From Laetmonice hystrix (lineage: Eukaryota), in the NCBI GenBank assembly GCA_965235115.1, contig OZ249445.1, forward strand, positions 11,780,001 through 11,844,000: DNA of 64,000 bases. Direction: 5' to 3'. Positions 1 through 12,646 of this stretch are shown here, in pieces (position 1 is the first letter of the stretch; the number at the start of each line of letters is the position of its first letter). Below the pieces are notes generated by a model. It searched no databases. It was not told the DNA's origin and saw only the letters and a program-made list of their open reading frames with translations. Both the position numbers and the translations under genes were made by a program.

Positions 1-2120
1 TTAGGTTATATTTCAATCAGACTGTGCCAGCATTGAGTGGAGTGGGAGCGCCACCATTGCCCTCGTCAGCCAACGGGAACTACCAAGCAATTGCCTACAC
101 GTGGGTCTCAGCAGCGTTGATTCCCCAGGCATCATTGAAAGCCAATAGGGCAGTGACGCCGACAACTGATTATCTCTCGCCACCAACTTTCATGGAGAGG
201 AAGCGTCATCATTGGCACTAAGCCTATCTGATTTAATGTTTTCCTTTAATTTGGAATTGGGTAACATCCAGGAAGGAAGACGGATTTAGTCCTCATTTCC
301 ATTCTTGTAAAAACTATTGAGCAACTGTTTTTGATAGTGGTTGAGGTGTTGAAGGATATGTTACTTTGAATTCATGGGATTACTCTCAATAATGCAGAGA
401 TATACATGGTTTCACATGAGAAGCAGAGTCTTACAAGCAGAAGTCAGATTTTACTTTGATGCATGCTTCCTTGAGTCTCCCACAAGACTGCACCACAGAC
501 ATATAATTGCTGTGAATTGTAAACATATACATGAGACATGACTCTACATAGCCCTGATAGGTTCACGTACAGACGTAAACATGACCAATAAAAAGGGCTC
601 ACCTTCCTGTCATAATAAAAGAGGCTCAGGAAGTGCTGCTCCCTGGAGCACGCCGATATACAACACATATACGGTTTGTGCCACGAGGTAATCAATAAAG
701 CCCTGCGTTCTGATTACAAGGGGGCTCCTTACACACTTCACCACTTAGCTGGATCAAGGAAAACACCACAGAACCACCTATAACACTCCACCCCCTCACT
801 GTGTCTCCTCTATATACCTTCTCCTATAGATTACATGCGCTAATCATAACTCGATCCCTTTGATTAACTTTCAGAGCATAGTTCAGAGGAAGATCCCAAG
901 AAAAATAGACCAAAGAGAGGTAAGGACCATATGTTTTCCTTTTGGTTCATGTTTGAATGCTATAGGGAAAACATGTGGACGGCCGTACCTTTCGGGAGTA
1001 TTACAACGTATACCATCTTCAGTCTCTAAAATATTTATAAATATTTTTCATCATCCTCTTTTATACAAGTCAAAACATTGAGAGAAATTATAATCCTCAA
1101 GGAGGACATCCTGGATGCTAATATTCTAATCTCTGTTCGGTTCAGTAGATTGCCTTGACGTATGTATATACCCCGAATGCAGCCACCCACTCATTTATAG
1201 GTCCTATGCTATATATTTACAGTATATGGAGCCTATATTGCAACGTGTCTATTTTTCTATGGTTTTTTCCTTATGCTTGTTTATGCTTTTGCGGTGCCTC
1301 TATGCAAAGTCTTGTGTGCTTAGAGATGTATCGGTTGTGTATAGTCTAGTTGTATCTGATATCAGATATTGTGTGACACAACGTTTGAAACATACATGTC
1401 TATGTTTACAGTTATAGCCATTCATGCAAACATGTATTGTGTGGATTTTTAATCCCATATATTATGGTAGACACGGAAGTATTTGTTGCTATGGTATCAC
1501 ACGCCCCTCCGCCCTGTTAGATACATCGGTCACAAGCCTGGCGCTATCAGATTAATGCTCGACAAGCGCCAGCAACATTGTCCATTGGGCAGACAGGTTG
1601 TTTGTGGTGTAGAGGCGCCATTTGGAAACATGTGCGCTGACCCATTTCTGTCTGATTGAACACGGTTAACACAGGCAATGAGAGCAACCGGTGAGCTTTC
1701 ATGTGGTTGTAGAACATCTACGTCCCACTCTCACAATGTTACCGCGTATACTTCCCAATGTCATTGTCTCTGACTACTTCATCAACAATGTCTCTGTGTA
1801 AAAGGATCCTTCTGATAATGACGGGCTAAAACTGTTGCTCAAATAGGATGATTCATATAAGGTCATATTCCAGTTGTAGATCATTTCCCCTCGCAACTGT
1901 CAATCTATAATGTCACACAGACGCAGACATAAACACACAGACCTATTCATACACATTTAGTGATATCCATAAGCTTATAGGCCTGTATGTAAACTTCCAT
2001 TAAAACTAGAGTACTTCCGTTGAAACATATTTTGTAACTGAGTGCCATACGATCAATGTATCAGTACACGTGGAAATGCCAGCCTGAGGCACCAACTGTT
2101 ACCCTGAAGGGCCAACTGAA

Positions 2121-2150
2121 ATTACCATTACCATTACCATTACCATTACC
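2121..2150. repeat. Microsatellite (ATTACC)5
   Basis: Five perfect copies visible. Confidence 0.95.
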
Positions 2151-4510
2151 AGGTGTGGGCCATGGAGAGAGCTGAGTGAGATAGGATACAGGATTCTAGC
2201 CAGTGTCCAAAACGTGTGCAGCCATCACAATACACGAGAGGACTGCCTGTCACCTGGCCCATGACACATGGCAACATGCACATTGCGTGTATAACATACA
2301 TATTGATCTCCTTACATCATGTTATATACATTGGGATCGAGTATATACAGTGACCATTAACCATGTGCATCCACTCATGCAGGACACGTATGTTGTTCCA
2401 GACACCCAACATAACAGGTGGTACAACAATACTAGTTTATAAGGCATTATAAATGTCAATATGTTGATAGAATGTATGAAATACCATCGGTGGTGTGAAT
2501 TGGCCAGAAGAAAAAAAAAACCATCAAAATCATTAAACAAAGACAAACGTTGCTCTTCCTCACATGACTGTAATAACATTAGCATTGTGTCTTAGTTAAA
2601 CAAGGCATATCTGACATATTTCGGGTTCCCTTTTTCACGTCTTTATGAAGTTTCCTTGTTTGAAATGCCTGCCTTATATCAGTAGAACCTTCATGGTGGC
2701 GATGATGTCATTTGGATTGGCCTCGTGGTAGAAAATCCACTGCTCCTTAATGCATTCCCCAAACAATCCCGCTTTGAGCTTCATCAGCAAACATAGGCCT
2801 CTTTCTGCTTACGCCTGTCTTTGAAGGCGGGCCTGATCGTAAACCGCTAAATGTACTATTTAATTATGTTCTCGTAAGGATAGAAGGATAGAGAAGGATA
2901 CAGCCTATGGCTTGCCTTGTCAAATCAGCCGAACTTTCTGGGCTTAAGGTACCGTAAGACGATTTGTCGTGCTTTAAATATAGGCGGATGACTGGAAAGA
3001 TTGGCACTGACCTCGAGATACATTCATCAACATGATAATACGAAATGTTGAATGTTTATCAACACCATGCTCGCTTGCTTGCATAAGTGCCGCAATTCTA
3101 ACGTAAAATGTAATTCCCTTATCATTTGACTCAGGAGATCCAAAAACATAACTGACATAACATGACCTACATATTAGGCAATCGATGTGCATGCCGTACA
3201 TGATGTCATTCAGGGTAGTTGGAATCGTATTTTCACTGAGAAGTAAAACAGTTTGGAATGGTCACAATGGTAGGTATTAAGGTCAGCTAGAGTCCATAAT
3301 AGGCGTTCCATAAATAGACTAGTTAGTTAAACCTCTTCTTCTTACTTATTTCTCATATTATCGTTACGTACGTGCCTAAACACATAAACCAAATAAACAG
3401 TTTGTCGCACTATACATTTCCCAATCCAAATCATTGCGTTCTGATCTAGTGGGAGACAATGCAGGCGGCAAGTCGCTTTCTTATACCCCCAATCCGAGAA
3501 CAATGCCCAGGCCCGTTATGTCACAATGGACGTAAGGTCAGCTTCCCGCAGGGCCGAGCCACATGCCACACACGGATCAGAGATCACTGCCACCTTCTGG
3601 CGTGAGTAGGAGTCTGAGAGGGAGGCCGATAACATCTAGAGCTGGCTCTTGAGTGTGGACACCAAATGATCATATGATCTCATGTTTATCAACCCTGCGG
3701 TGGCACTCTTAACCTGATCCTTTCCTCTCGGAACTGGAATACACCCCCTGGGACAGCGCAAACAATCGTAAAACACATACATTTTGTAGTTGACGTTTAG
3801 CGTGGAAGATCTTTACGGAACTATACCCTTTAAATAGGGCATCTTTCTGGGACCTGTGCATTAAGGGGGATTAATCCCCAGTCCCCGACCCATGATTTCA
3901 AACACTGCCGATGAGGATGTGGACAGTAACGACTTGTTACTGCCTGAGTCCTAACTCGCCGGAGTATTGGCCCAGCAATGTTAGTGTCAATCATAAAAAC
4001 ACTTAATTTGACATGGAGACCATTATGTAAATTTCGCATGATAAATCAATAGCGAGGGAACCATATTTCTAGCATGGCATTGTGAAATGCCCTCTCACGA
4101 GTACCTGATCATTCCCCTGAGATTGTATAACTTACAACTAGAGTTTATGGTCCACGGTGACTGAGTACATGTTATTAGTGGTCGGTTGGTGAAAACACCT
4201 CCACAGACACCCACTTTGAGCACCGTCGCCCAATCGAACTAGTTCAGCTAAATTTAAGGCCAAATCAGTTCCTGTCAAAATCCAATTGTCAAGGGATACC
4301 GGTGGCAGATCGCTTTGAACGTCTCCTCATTCCACAATACTGGTGCGCGTCTCACGCTCTCAGATGTCAACATCAAACGTTCAGCCGCGAGGTATTAAGA
4401 CTACCATTCCGGAACAGATTGAGGGTGGGAGAAGTTATTGGTTGGCAGTCGTGTTTTCAATCAGTCCGCAAAAATCCTGCCCAATCCAGCACCACCGCCG
4501 CCCCCTCCGG

Positions 4511-4584
4511 TTCCAGCCATTATACGGTAGAGCCCTCTAAATCTTTCCAGCCACCGGGGCAGCGCCCTCTGTCTTTCCAGCCAT
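4511..4584. repeat. Degenerate ~30-34 bp tandem repeat
   Basis: TTCCAGCCA at 4511, 4545 and 4575, with AG(A/C)GCCCTCT..TCT inside the first two units. Confidence 0.6.
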
Positions 4585-7015
4585 CAAGGCACGTTTCGGC
4601 CATGTCCTCGATGGCACCTCAAAAGGTGATCTGTGCATGGTGAATCGAGTCCCCATGCTCCCAGCCCTACCCCCACTCTACTCTCACATCGCTCTATTGC
4701 CAGGAAATTATCCCAGTTCTCCTAAAAGGAATCGTCTTCAATCCGTTGTGCTGCCACCGTGTGAACAATTAGGCGCTAAGAACGTCATTGCACATGCTAA
4801 AAGGGCACGTTTGTGTTTGCCAGCCTTCTTTCAAAGCCGGGCCTGAAAAACTGAAACATTAATCTTGCACTACGGGAACTTCCATTGTTCGCCATTGACA
4901 AGCCGATAATACTCCAACAAATATAGTTAATAGTCCAATTGAAGAAACTATTAACCCTGATGGATGCCTATTTACATAGTCATGTCACATAGTGACAGGT
5001 TGGCTTTCAAATTTGTACCTATATACTGTGTATAAGCATGTTTCCTGCATTATCGCTAATAGATAAATGGATCATCCATACATACGCAACACAAGAGTTC
5101 TTTTGGGCTTTATGTATCGAAAGAATATATATCGGCTTTGTGGGTATAGGCCCTAGTTCTGTAACCTTTTATCGGGGATAATGTCAGCCTACAGAAATAC
5201 AGATTGTGGAAAACACAAAGGATGGGAATTGCGCGTCGTTTTTGTGCCAATATTCGCCTTCGGATGATCTCCTCTTGTTGTGGTTTGTGTTCAAACAACT
5301 GTGTGATGCCACGGCGCCGAGCTTTAACCCCCTGTGTCCTGTACGTACGTCTGTACGTGCCAGGGCCGGCCAGCCAGCGCCTGATGGTCGACAACAGGCG
5401 CTCCATACAACCGACGTGTTCATAGCTACACCTCCTGCTCGACACCAGCTCCTCATACCATCTGGTATTCACCAATCAAACCATGAGGAGCTTATCTACC
5501 AGGTGCCTGGCCCCACTTAGAATAGTCTCATGGTTATTTGCACGTTTTCACAAACAATTTGTGACTGGCACATTGCGGTATGTATAGTTCACGAATGTAC
5601 ACACTAAATGCTGATGTACATACTGCATGTGAATGCATGATGACTTTTTCGTCAATACTGAGATCTTACTATTAGTGTCATGCAGAAAAAAGGGACCCAT
5701 TTCCTCGGAGGCCGAAGCCTGTAATCACTGGTCGCTTTCAGCTGGGTAAGAAGACGGCCTGGAATCCAGAAAACGAGGGTCCCAGAGGAAGTGAACGAAG
5801 GGTCGTCGAATGTCTTTGATCTTTCACAAGTTGTCGTTGCTAAAAGCGACCGGTTAAGCTCTATTTCTCCGTGTGAAGTCTCTTTCTGCTTGTATACCCG
5901 CCTCTAACAGAGGCAGAATATCTAATTATCAGATGGGGAACGCTTTTCTTAACTCGGTTTCTTTGGTCGGTCTGCGGGGGGTATGGGGAAATCAATGCCA
6001 GGAAGGGAGGCGAGCCTTGTGGAGGCAGGCGATCAGTTCTCAGCGTTTATGGCCACTGCCAGCAGGCGTTTATCATCCCACTCGTGAAGTAGCACCCAGT
6101 CAATCATTTGCCAAATCTTAATGTCATTGACTAACAGACAGAATCGCGCCAAAATCGCAGGGAAAACAAACGGCGGGGAGTGTGCGCAGTCAGTGCTCTG
6201 CCATCCTGGACCAACAGCCTTTGGGTAGATCTGTTAGTGGGGGAGGGGGGGAGGGGAGGGGGAGGATGGGGGAGATGCACCACGATACGTGCTTCCAATA
6301 CAGCTCCGTGGCACACCCAGCCAGAGTGAAGGCGCTGGGCTTGCAATGACTGCGATGAATTGTTCTTGGTGAGTTCCCTGCCAGAGTGCCTCGTGCTGGG
6401 CGCTCTTTCATGGCGTCACGTCACCACCGTATCGTAGCGGGGTGTAATCAGGCTTGTAGCCGAGTTAGGCCGGCCAGAATAGCAGCATGCACCATCGTCA
6501 GGCGGGCACGATCGCCAAAGACAGCCCTGACGTATCTACCTATAGCGACCGCGTCCCACTTCTGGCTGGCACGTCTGGCACCTTATCACCTAACCTCGGT
6601 TACAGCCGCCTGCCAGCCTGGGAGACTGAAAGGGCGATTGGCAAGAATATGTAGGTTTCCTGTAAAATGACTGCGCACAAGTTATGTCTAATGTGAAGGA
6701 AGCCACTAAGACCAGTATCACTTGCCATACTAGTGTCTATATCATTCTCCTTCCCGACGTGAAAGAGGAGTCTTTGTTCGGCTTCCCCAGTGATAGGTTA
6801 TACTATTGGGGGAATAGCTTATTCATGAAAATGTCTGGAAGACATAAAGACTTTCACTTCATTTAAAGACAGTAAGAAAAATATTAGAGCATGGGGGCCA
6901 GTTGGTTATTCTTCCAATAGATGAATTGACCACCCGTATTTGTAGTAAGGCCTGATGTAATACAGGCCGTAAGGGGTAAGAGATTTGGTTGACTCAGTTG
7001 CAGTGTGTATTGTTG

Positions 7016-7041
7016 CCCCCCCCCCCCCCCCCCCCCCCCCC
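7016..7041. repeat. Poly-C homopolymer (C26)
   Basis: Directly visible; the longest of several C/G tracts in the window. Confidence 0.95.
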
Positions 7042-8639
7042 GCCGTCAGCTGATCGGTTCCCTGGGCCCCATGTCATTCAGTGCGCCGGGTAGGCAGGCT
7101 GGCAGGCCGGCCGGACGAGTTCTCCCATTTTAATCTCTGTGATCGAAGCCGTCGTGTTTTATTTAGCAGTCGGCGTCTTGTGTGGTTTGATGTGTGGCTT
7201 GTCAGCTGGCTGGTCGTCACCGTCAGCATCATACGACTTGGAGGGGGGGGGGAGGGGTTGATGGGAGTTAGGGGCGAACTATAGGCTCTAGTTGACCCCT
7301 TCCACTTCACTGGCTCCGTATTGGAAGCGCCTTCCAAAATAGGTCATCACGCTCACACACAGAGACTGAGAATGCCACGAGAATAAAAATACCAATCGCA
7401 TTCACATCAATCAGGCGCAAATTTACTCCCGCCATGCACGATCAATATTTCCTTGATGGTACCTGTTCATAGTTTATTTTTGCCGGTGTTGCGTGCTGTT
7501 TGTGGGGTTTCGGCTAGGTGGATTGCCTTACCGGCTGGCCGTCAGTAATTAAAGCTGACACGCCACTTATGCGCTCTCTTCCCCTGATCGTATTGGTTTC
7601 TTTAAGGCGCCTCCTTGCTGATCAGACGCTCGCAGCGTCCCGAGGCAGCTGTCACATTGTACGGACTGGCATGTTTATTTACGGGGATGGGCGGGCGATA
7701 ATGTGGGTGTCATTAGGCCGACTCTGGCCACAGGCCCCCCGTAGACAGATACTATTGATTGCCTGATGGTAAGAATATCTCATCATATCCAGGGTTTGCA
7801 GCGAGTGAGGAGGTGGGGAAGGAGCTACGTGAGGGCCGAAGCCACATATCACCTGTATACAGTGTCTGAGCTATGTATGGGCCGTTTATATATACCCTGT
7901 TAATATCTCAATGAGAATTAATTCATTCATATTATACAAGGTAACAAAAGATAATAGCATCATGATTAATAACTTCAGTAATGAAAGACAAACAATTCTT
8001 TTAACCCCCCCCCCCCCCTCCAACCATGACCACGTCCCTCTATCAAATATTCATTGAAACAGAGGGAAGTCACTGTCCTTGAGAACTGTTGAGTTGCGAG
8101 TCCTGGGGCGGACGGGTGCTCGTGTGGATCACCCTTCAAACGAGTCGCTCGAGTATGCCTCCAATGTGCGCTCATTAACGTTGTAAAAAGGGATATTGAT
8201 ATTATACACGCACACTATTATCAATATGACAGTGATGTTTACATTGTCGGCATACAAGACGAGACGAGAGGGTAATGGAATACCCATGGTATTAGGAATA
8301 GATGTAGGTCGATGTGCGTTCAGTGTAAAGGCCTGTTGTCGCCCCTATATACAAAACACCTGTCGTAGATGGAACGGGCGGGCACGACTCAACACGGACT
8401 GTCTGCTTTTGCTTTATGAGTTAATCGGACGTGCTTATCTGCTCTTTGTGAGACCTCGACACTGCCACATCCAAGTAGCTTTTACTTATGTAAATGTCAC
8501 CATTATACACACGTTATTTGAAGCACAGTAAGAGGACGGTTCATCGAGGGCGACACCTTGCGAGCGGGCTGCGCTTTCCGTGCCTGGGTTATTGACTCGG
8601 ACTGGCCGGGGATGTATATAATTATGATGTTGAATCATG

Positions 8640-8830
8640 TTGCCTGCCTCACGTCATCAGTCCCGTTCGCCGATTGATCTCCAAGCTCCAGCGTCCTCGT
8701 TAGGCCGTCATAAGCTCCACTACACACAGCCTATACCGTCCTCGCTACCCTCCCCCACCCACCCAGCCACACACACATCAATTGCGTTGCGCAACTGGCG
8801 CTGATAGCATAGCGCGTGCGCATTGAAGCA
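8640..8830 (+). promoter_or_regulatory. Candidate distal promoter
   Basis: Palindromic C/EBP-type GTTGCGCAAC (8786-8795), NRF1-type GCGCGTGCGCA (8812-8822) and a CRE half-site ACGTCA in a CpG-rich patch. Motif evidence only. Confidence 0.3.
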
Positions 8831-9351
8831 AGAGATTAGAGATATTGATACAACTGGGACTAGTTAGCTAAAGGCAGACATGTTTGTGCCATATTTGGTG
8901 GTGATATGATTCGCTCGTTAACTTAAGGATATTGTTGGCATTATCAGAAACAATCGATACCAACCACAAGATGTCCCTGCAAAGAGAGTACCCGACATAA
9001 AAAGTCAGGCAGGATTCTGTGTTTAAATGCACTTATTGTAAACGTACAGGCATGTCTATAACTGGAACCAGAAATGGTTGGATTTTCTATGGACGCATAA
9101 CGTCGCTCCCTGCCCCGGTATACGGTTGGGTCACCAGTGGTTAATAAAACAATTCTTCCACCCTCCATCCTTCTTATGCATGTTATTCTGTTTTATGCCC
9201 TGTCGAAAGTGGCGGCAATCTGGCGTTGATTGCATGTTAATTAGTTCATTTGGGCGCCGTGGCTTAATAACGACGTCGAGTCATCAATGCGCGCTCGCTG
9301 TGTCGTGTTACCTTCTATCATGCGCTTTTTGCCCTGCGGTTATGCTCAATA

Positions 9352-9496
9352 NNNNNNNNNNNNNNNNNNNNNNNNNNNNNNNNNNNNNNNNNNNNNNNNN
9401 NNNNNNNNNNNNNNNNNNNNNNNNNNNNNNNNNNNNNNNNNNNNNNNNNNNNNNNNNNNNNNNNNNNNNNNNNNNNNNNNNNNNNNNNNNNNNNNN
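9352..9496. other. Assembly gap (145 N)
   Basis: Run of N directly visible, located in the Pax6 5' region. Confidence 1.
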
Positions 9497-12479
9497 TGCA
9501 GCCTGCATGCTGCAACCCCTATACATGTTTTGTTTTGGATTCTGAATTCAAATCTATACCTCATAGATCACGACTGAAGCAGGTACATTTCCACCCTCCT
9601 GCTGAGCCAATGATGTTGACATTATGTCGATTCTTGAATCTGTTACCTACGTCACAGACGACACTGTTACATGTAAATATATAGTACTGGGTGTCCTCTT
9701 TGTGTGTCCGTATCCTCCTGCACGACCTGCCGTTCTGATCCCGGTAATGTAAAAGATCACGTTATTGTCCGTCTTGACACTCTCCGTACATTTGATCCCA
9801 TGGTGTTAGGTGGCCATCCTGAAACACTACCCAAACACCTTCACGTTCCACCACCAGCCACTTCCAATGGGATCATTCCGGTATACAAACCGCGTCCACC
9901 ACTCATGAATCAGTCAACGTGTATGATTTATAGTAACTACCGGCCCTTGATGTACACATAGTCACCTATCTTCACATAGCCTATTGTTTCGGAAGGAATC
10001 TCCTTCCTTTGGGTCGTTCCTTCCCCTCAGATCTATGGCTTCATGCGGCAGTGATGTCTAAAGAGGAGGTACTGCCACCAATTCGCCACATTTTGATGGC
10101 TATAGACAATTAAATTGTTCGCCCTGCCCCCCCCCCCATTTAACAGTGATCAGGACACCAGTATATATATAAATACAGACCTACGGCAATGATGGACGGC
10201 GCTACGCCATGACAGGTAATAACCGTTAGGTAAGTTGTGTATACACGACACGCTGGTTGGTATGCAGGTATGACGGTGGTCCGACCTGTGACCGCGCGGG
10301 GCCGGTGGGATCCCCTGCCGAGTCGGCGGGAATCACGCTGACTTGTACCGGAAGTGTCGGAAGTGAGGAGGGCGGTGATGGGGAGGGGGTGGCTGTGAGG
10401 TCCTGAATGATATCGGTTCACGGATACATCACCACACGCTCCGTGTGCACGCTTAGATCGCTGACTCTACCAAAGGCTCCGTGTCAACAAATTAGTTTGA
10501 AGTACTCGATGCCTCAAGTACTGTTACATGGTGTCAGTCAGGCTGTGTAAACTCGTCCACCCACCGACAAAATAGATGGGCACAGTTAAAGTATTCCTCA
10601 CAGGTATGTTGATATTTCAAATATTTATAGAACCCTTGTGGCTTTGTCACTAACGGTATACGTCCAATAACGGAGTGAAAAGGTGATCCGCATTGACGCC
10701 CAATGTCAGGGAGAGTCGGTGAGGACGGGCGAGCTGTGCCGCGCGACCCCTAACTCGGTCGTGTGAAGGAGGGGCATTGTGTTTGAAGATCAGCGCTAAC
10801 ACGGGTCGAGCACCATCAGGAGAATCATGAGGGGGTCGGGGTTTTGTCCTTTCATTGAGGAGCACCCTTGCCGACGTCTCCCTCGCTGTATATAGTCGTT
10901 CTATACGTGCCTGGTTGTCGTGGCCTTTTATACCCGGCTTTAATCAAACACAATGTGTGATTCTTATGGAGAAGGTAGCTTTCACTTGTTGCATGCCTTA
11001 TCCTTGCTAGCGGCGTCTCCAGCAGCCATGTTGAGGCCTATAGTCAGTGGGTGAGAGGGAGGATGATATAAAGGAAGAAAGAGTGATGGCCATGGGCGCT
11101 GCACTCCGACCGGAGGTACATGATCAGCGGTCTCCACATCAAAGGCTGATCAAGGTCCTGTCTGACGTTGTTTACCATCCCACTGTAAGCTGTCAGACCA
11201 AGACGCCCCCTAGTGGCCCGCCGTCCTTCCTTCCGGGACGGGGTTGCTCTCACTTATCCTACATTGTTATCGACAGCCCCCCCCCCCCCCTCTCTCCAAA
11301 ACACAACAAAACAGCAATGTATTATTTTTTCTTCCCTCCCGGAGGAGACTGAAGGCCGACAATGTCCCACCCTTTCTCCAATACCGCTGCTATACGACAT
11401 GCAAGAATATCCCTATTTTCTTTTATATAACACCATTGTGAAAGCATTTAGGAGATATAGCCTAAAACCAAATTGCGCATTTGCTCTTTTTCTGTTGCTT
11501 CCATTCCCTTGGAGAATCCTATGGAATTCTTTTATATAGGCATTTCCTGAATTCTATACCCAACTGTACATTTTAATGGCTTCATCCAACCACAGTTATG
11601 TAAATCACGACTCGAACTGTACGCTTTTGTCACTTGCCATTGTGCACAGTATCATAAAAGTATATCTCGGAAGATTCTTCAGTTCTTCAGAGACTTTCTG
11701 TGTATGTAGAATTCAATCTATACCCCCTCCACCCGTTCCTCAATCACTCAAAATATAAGTCCCCCTTCCCACCTTGAAGCAGGAGGAAAAGCTCTAACTA
11801 GTGTTGCTCACCTGCCGAACAGAGTGACTGATATTAATTTAGCGTTCTCTGATTGCCCATTATAGAGCCAGTGTGGCCGCTGATCTGGCGGCGACTGATA
11901 ATAATGTTGCACCATTACAGCGCCCAGTCAGAGCGCAATAATGTTAGCGCTGCTGGCGATTGCTCATGGCTGGATGTTGCTAACGAGGACGAACGTGACG
12001 AACCAATTAAGATGTTAGATTTCATTTGCCAGGTCCTGATTCATATTTATACGAGTCAGAGGCGTCCATTCAGGCGGCTCATGATCTCAACTCGTGACAC
12101 ATCGTGAGGGACGCCAGTAAAAATGTCGTCTACCTCTCGGTGTCAGTCAGATCCATACCGCTTCCGATTCTCGATACGTCAATGACCCTGTAAAAAGTTG
12201 TTTACACACGTGTAGAATATATCAGACAGGGGTGGGGGTGGTTCTGGGTGGGGGTGTAGACGGACAGACAGGCGGGCAGACAGTCACATCGCCAATCTCC
12301 CACGCTGACTGGCCAGCCCCTGTATAGAACCTCCATTCTCATGCCTTTCTGACACCCCTTACTACCCTCTTTCATCTCTGCCGGTCTCGCTAAGAGCCTC
12401 GCAGATATCATTGGTCGACGCATTAAGTCCGCTCCGTCACTTTATGAAACGTGTTGAAATTAAAATGATATGTATATGG

Positions 12480-12633
12480 CACCGCGCTAGGCTCCTCCCC
12501 CTCGCGGAGGGGCTGGCGCCATTTTGAATATTTAGCTGGGCCAGCACGCGTGGCTGCCAGTAGTCATGCGCCTGTGTCCTCACTCACAGCGCTGTCCGCT
12601 TCTCCTCGCTTTATCGCTCGGATTTACCCACAA
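12480..12633 (+). promoter_or_regulatory. Candidate proximal Pax6 promoter/5' UTR
   Basis: GC/CpG-rich stretch directly upstream of the MPDE ATG with a YY1-type motif GCGCCATTTTG (12516-12526). It also contains a splice acceptor at 12589. Confidence 0.45.
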
Positions 12634-12646
12634 ATGCCAGACGAAG
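12634..12646 (+). CDS. Pax6: Pax6 probable start-codon exon (M-P-D-E-G/)
   Basis: acaaATGCCAGACGAAG|GTGAGA: strong phase-1 donor at 12647 that joins GG-CAC-AGC to give MPDEGHSGVNQ, analogous to the short vertebrate MQN-S|HSG start exon. No homology confirmation available. Confidence 0.7.

Noticed and set aside
9078-9577. ORFs spanning the N run
   Set aside because: Artefacts of translating N as X.
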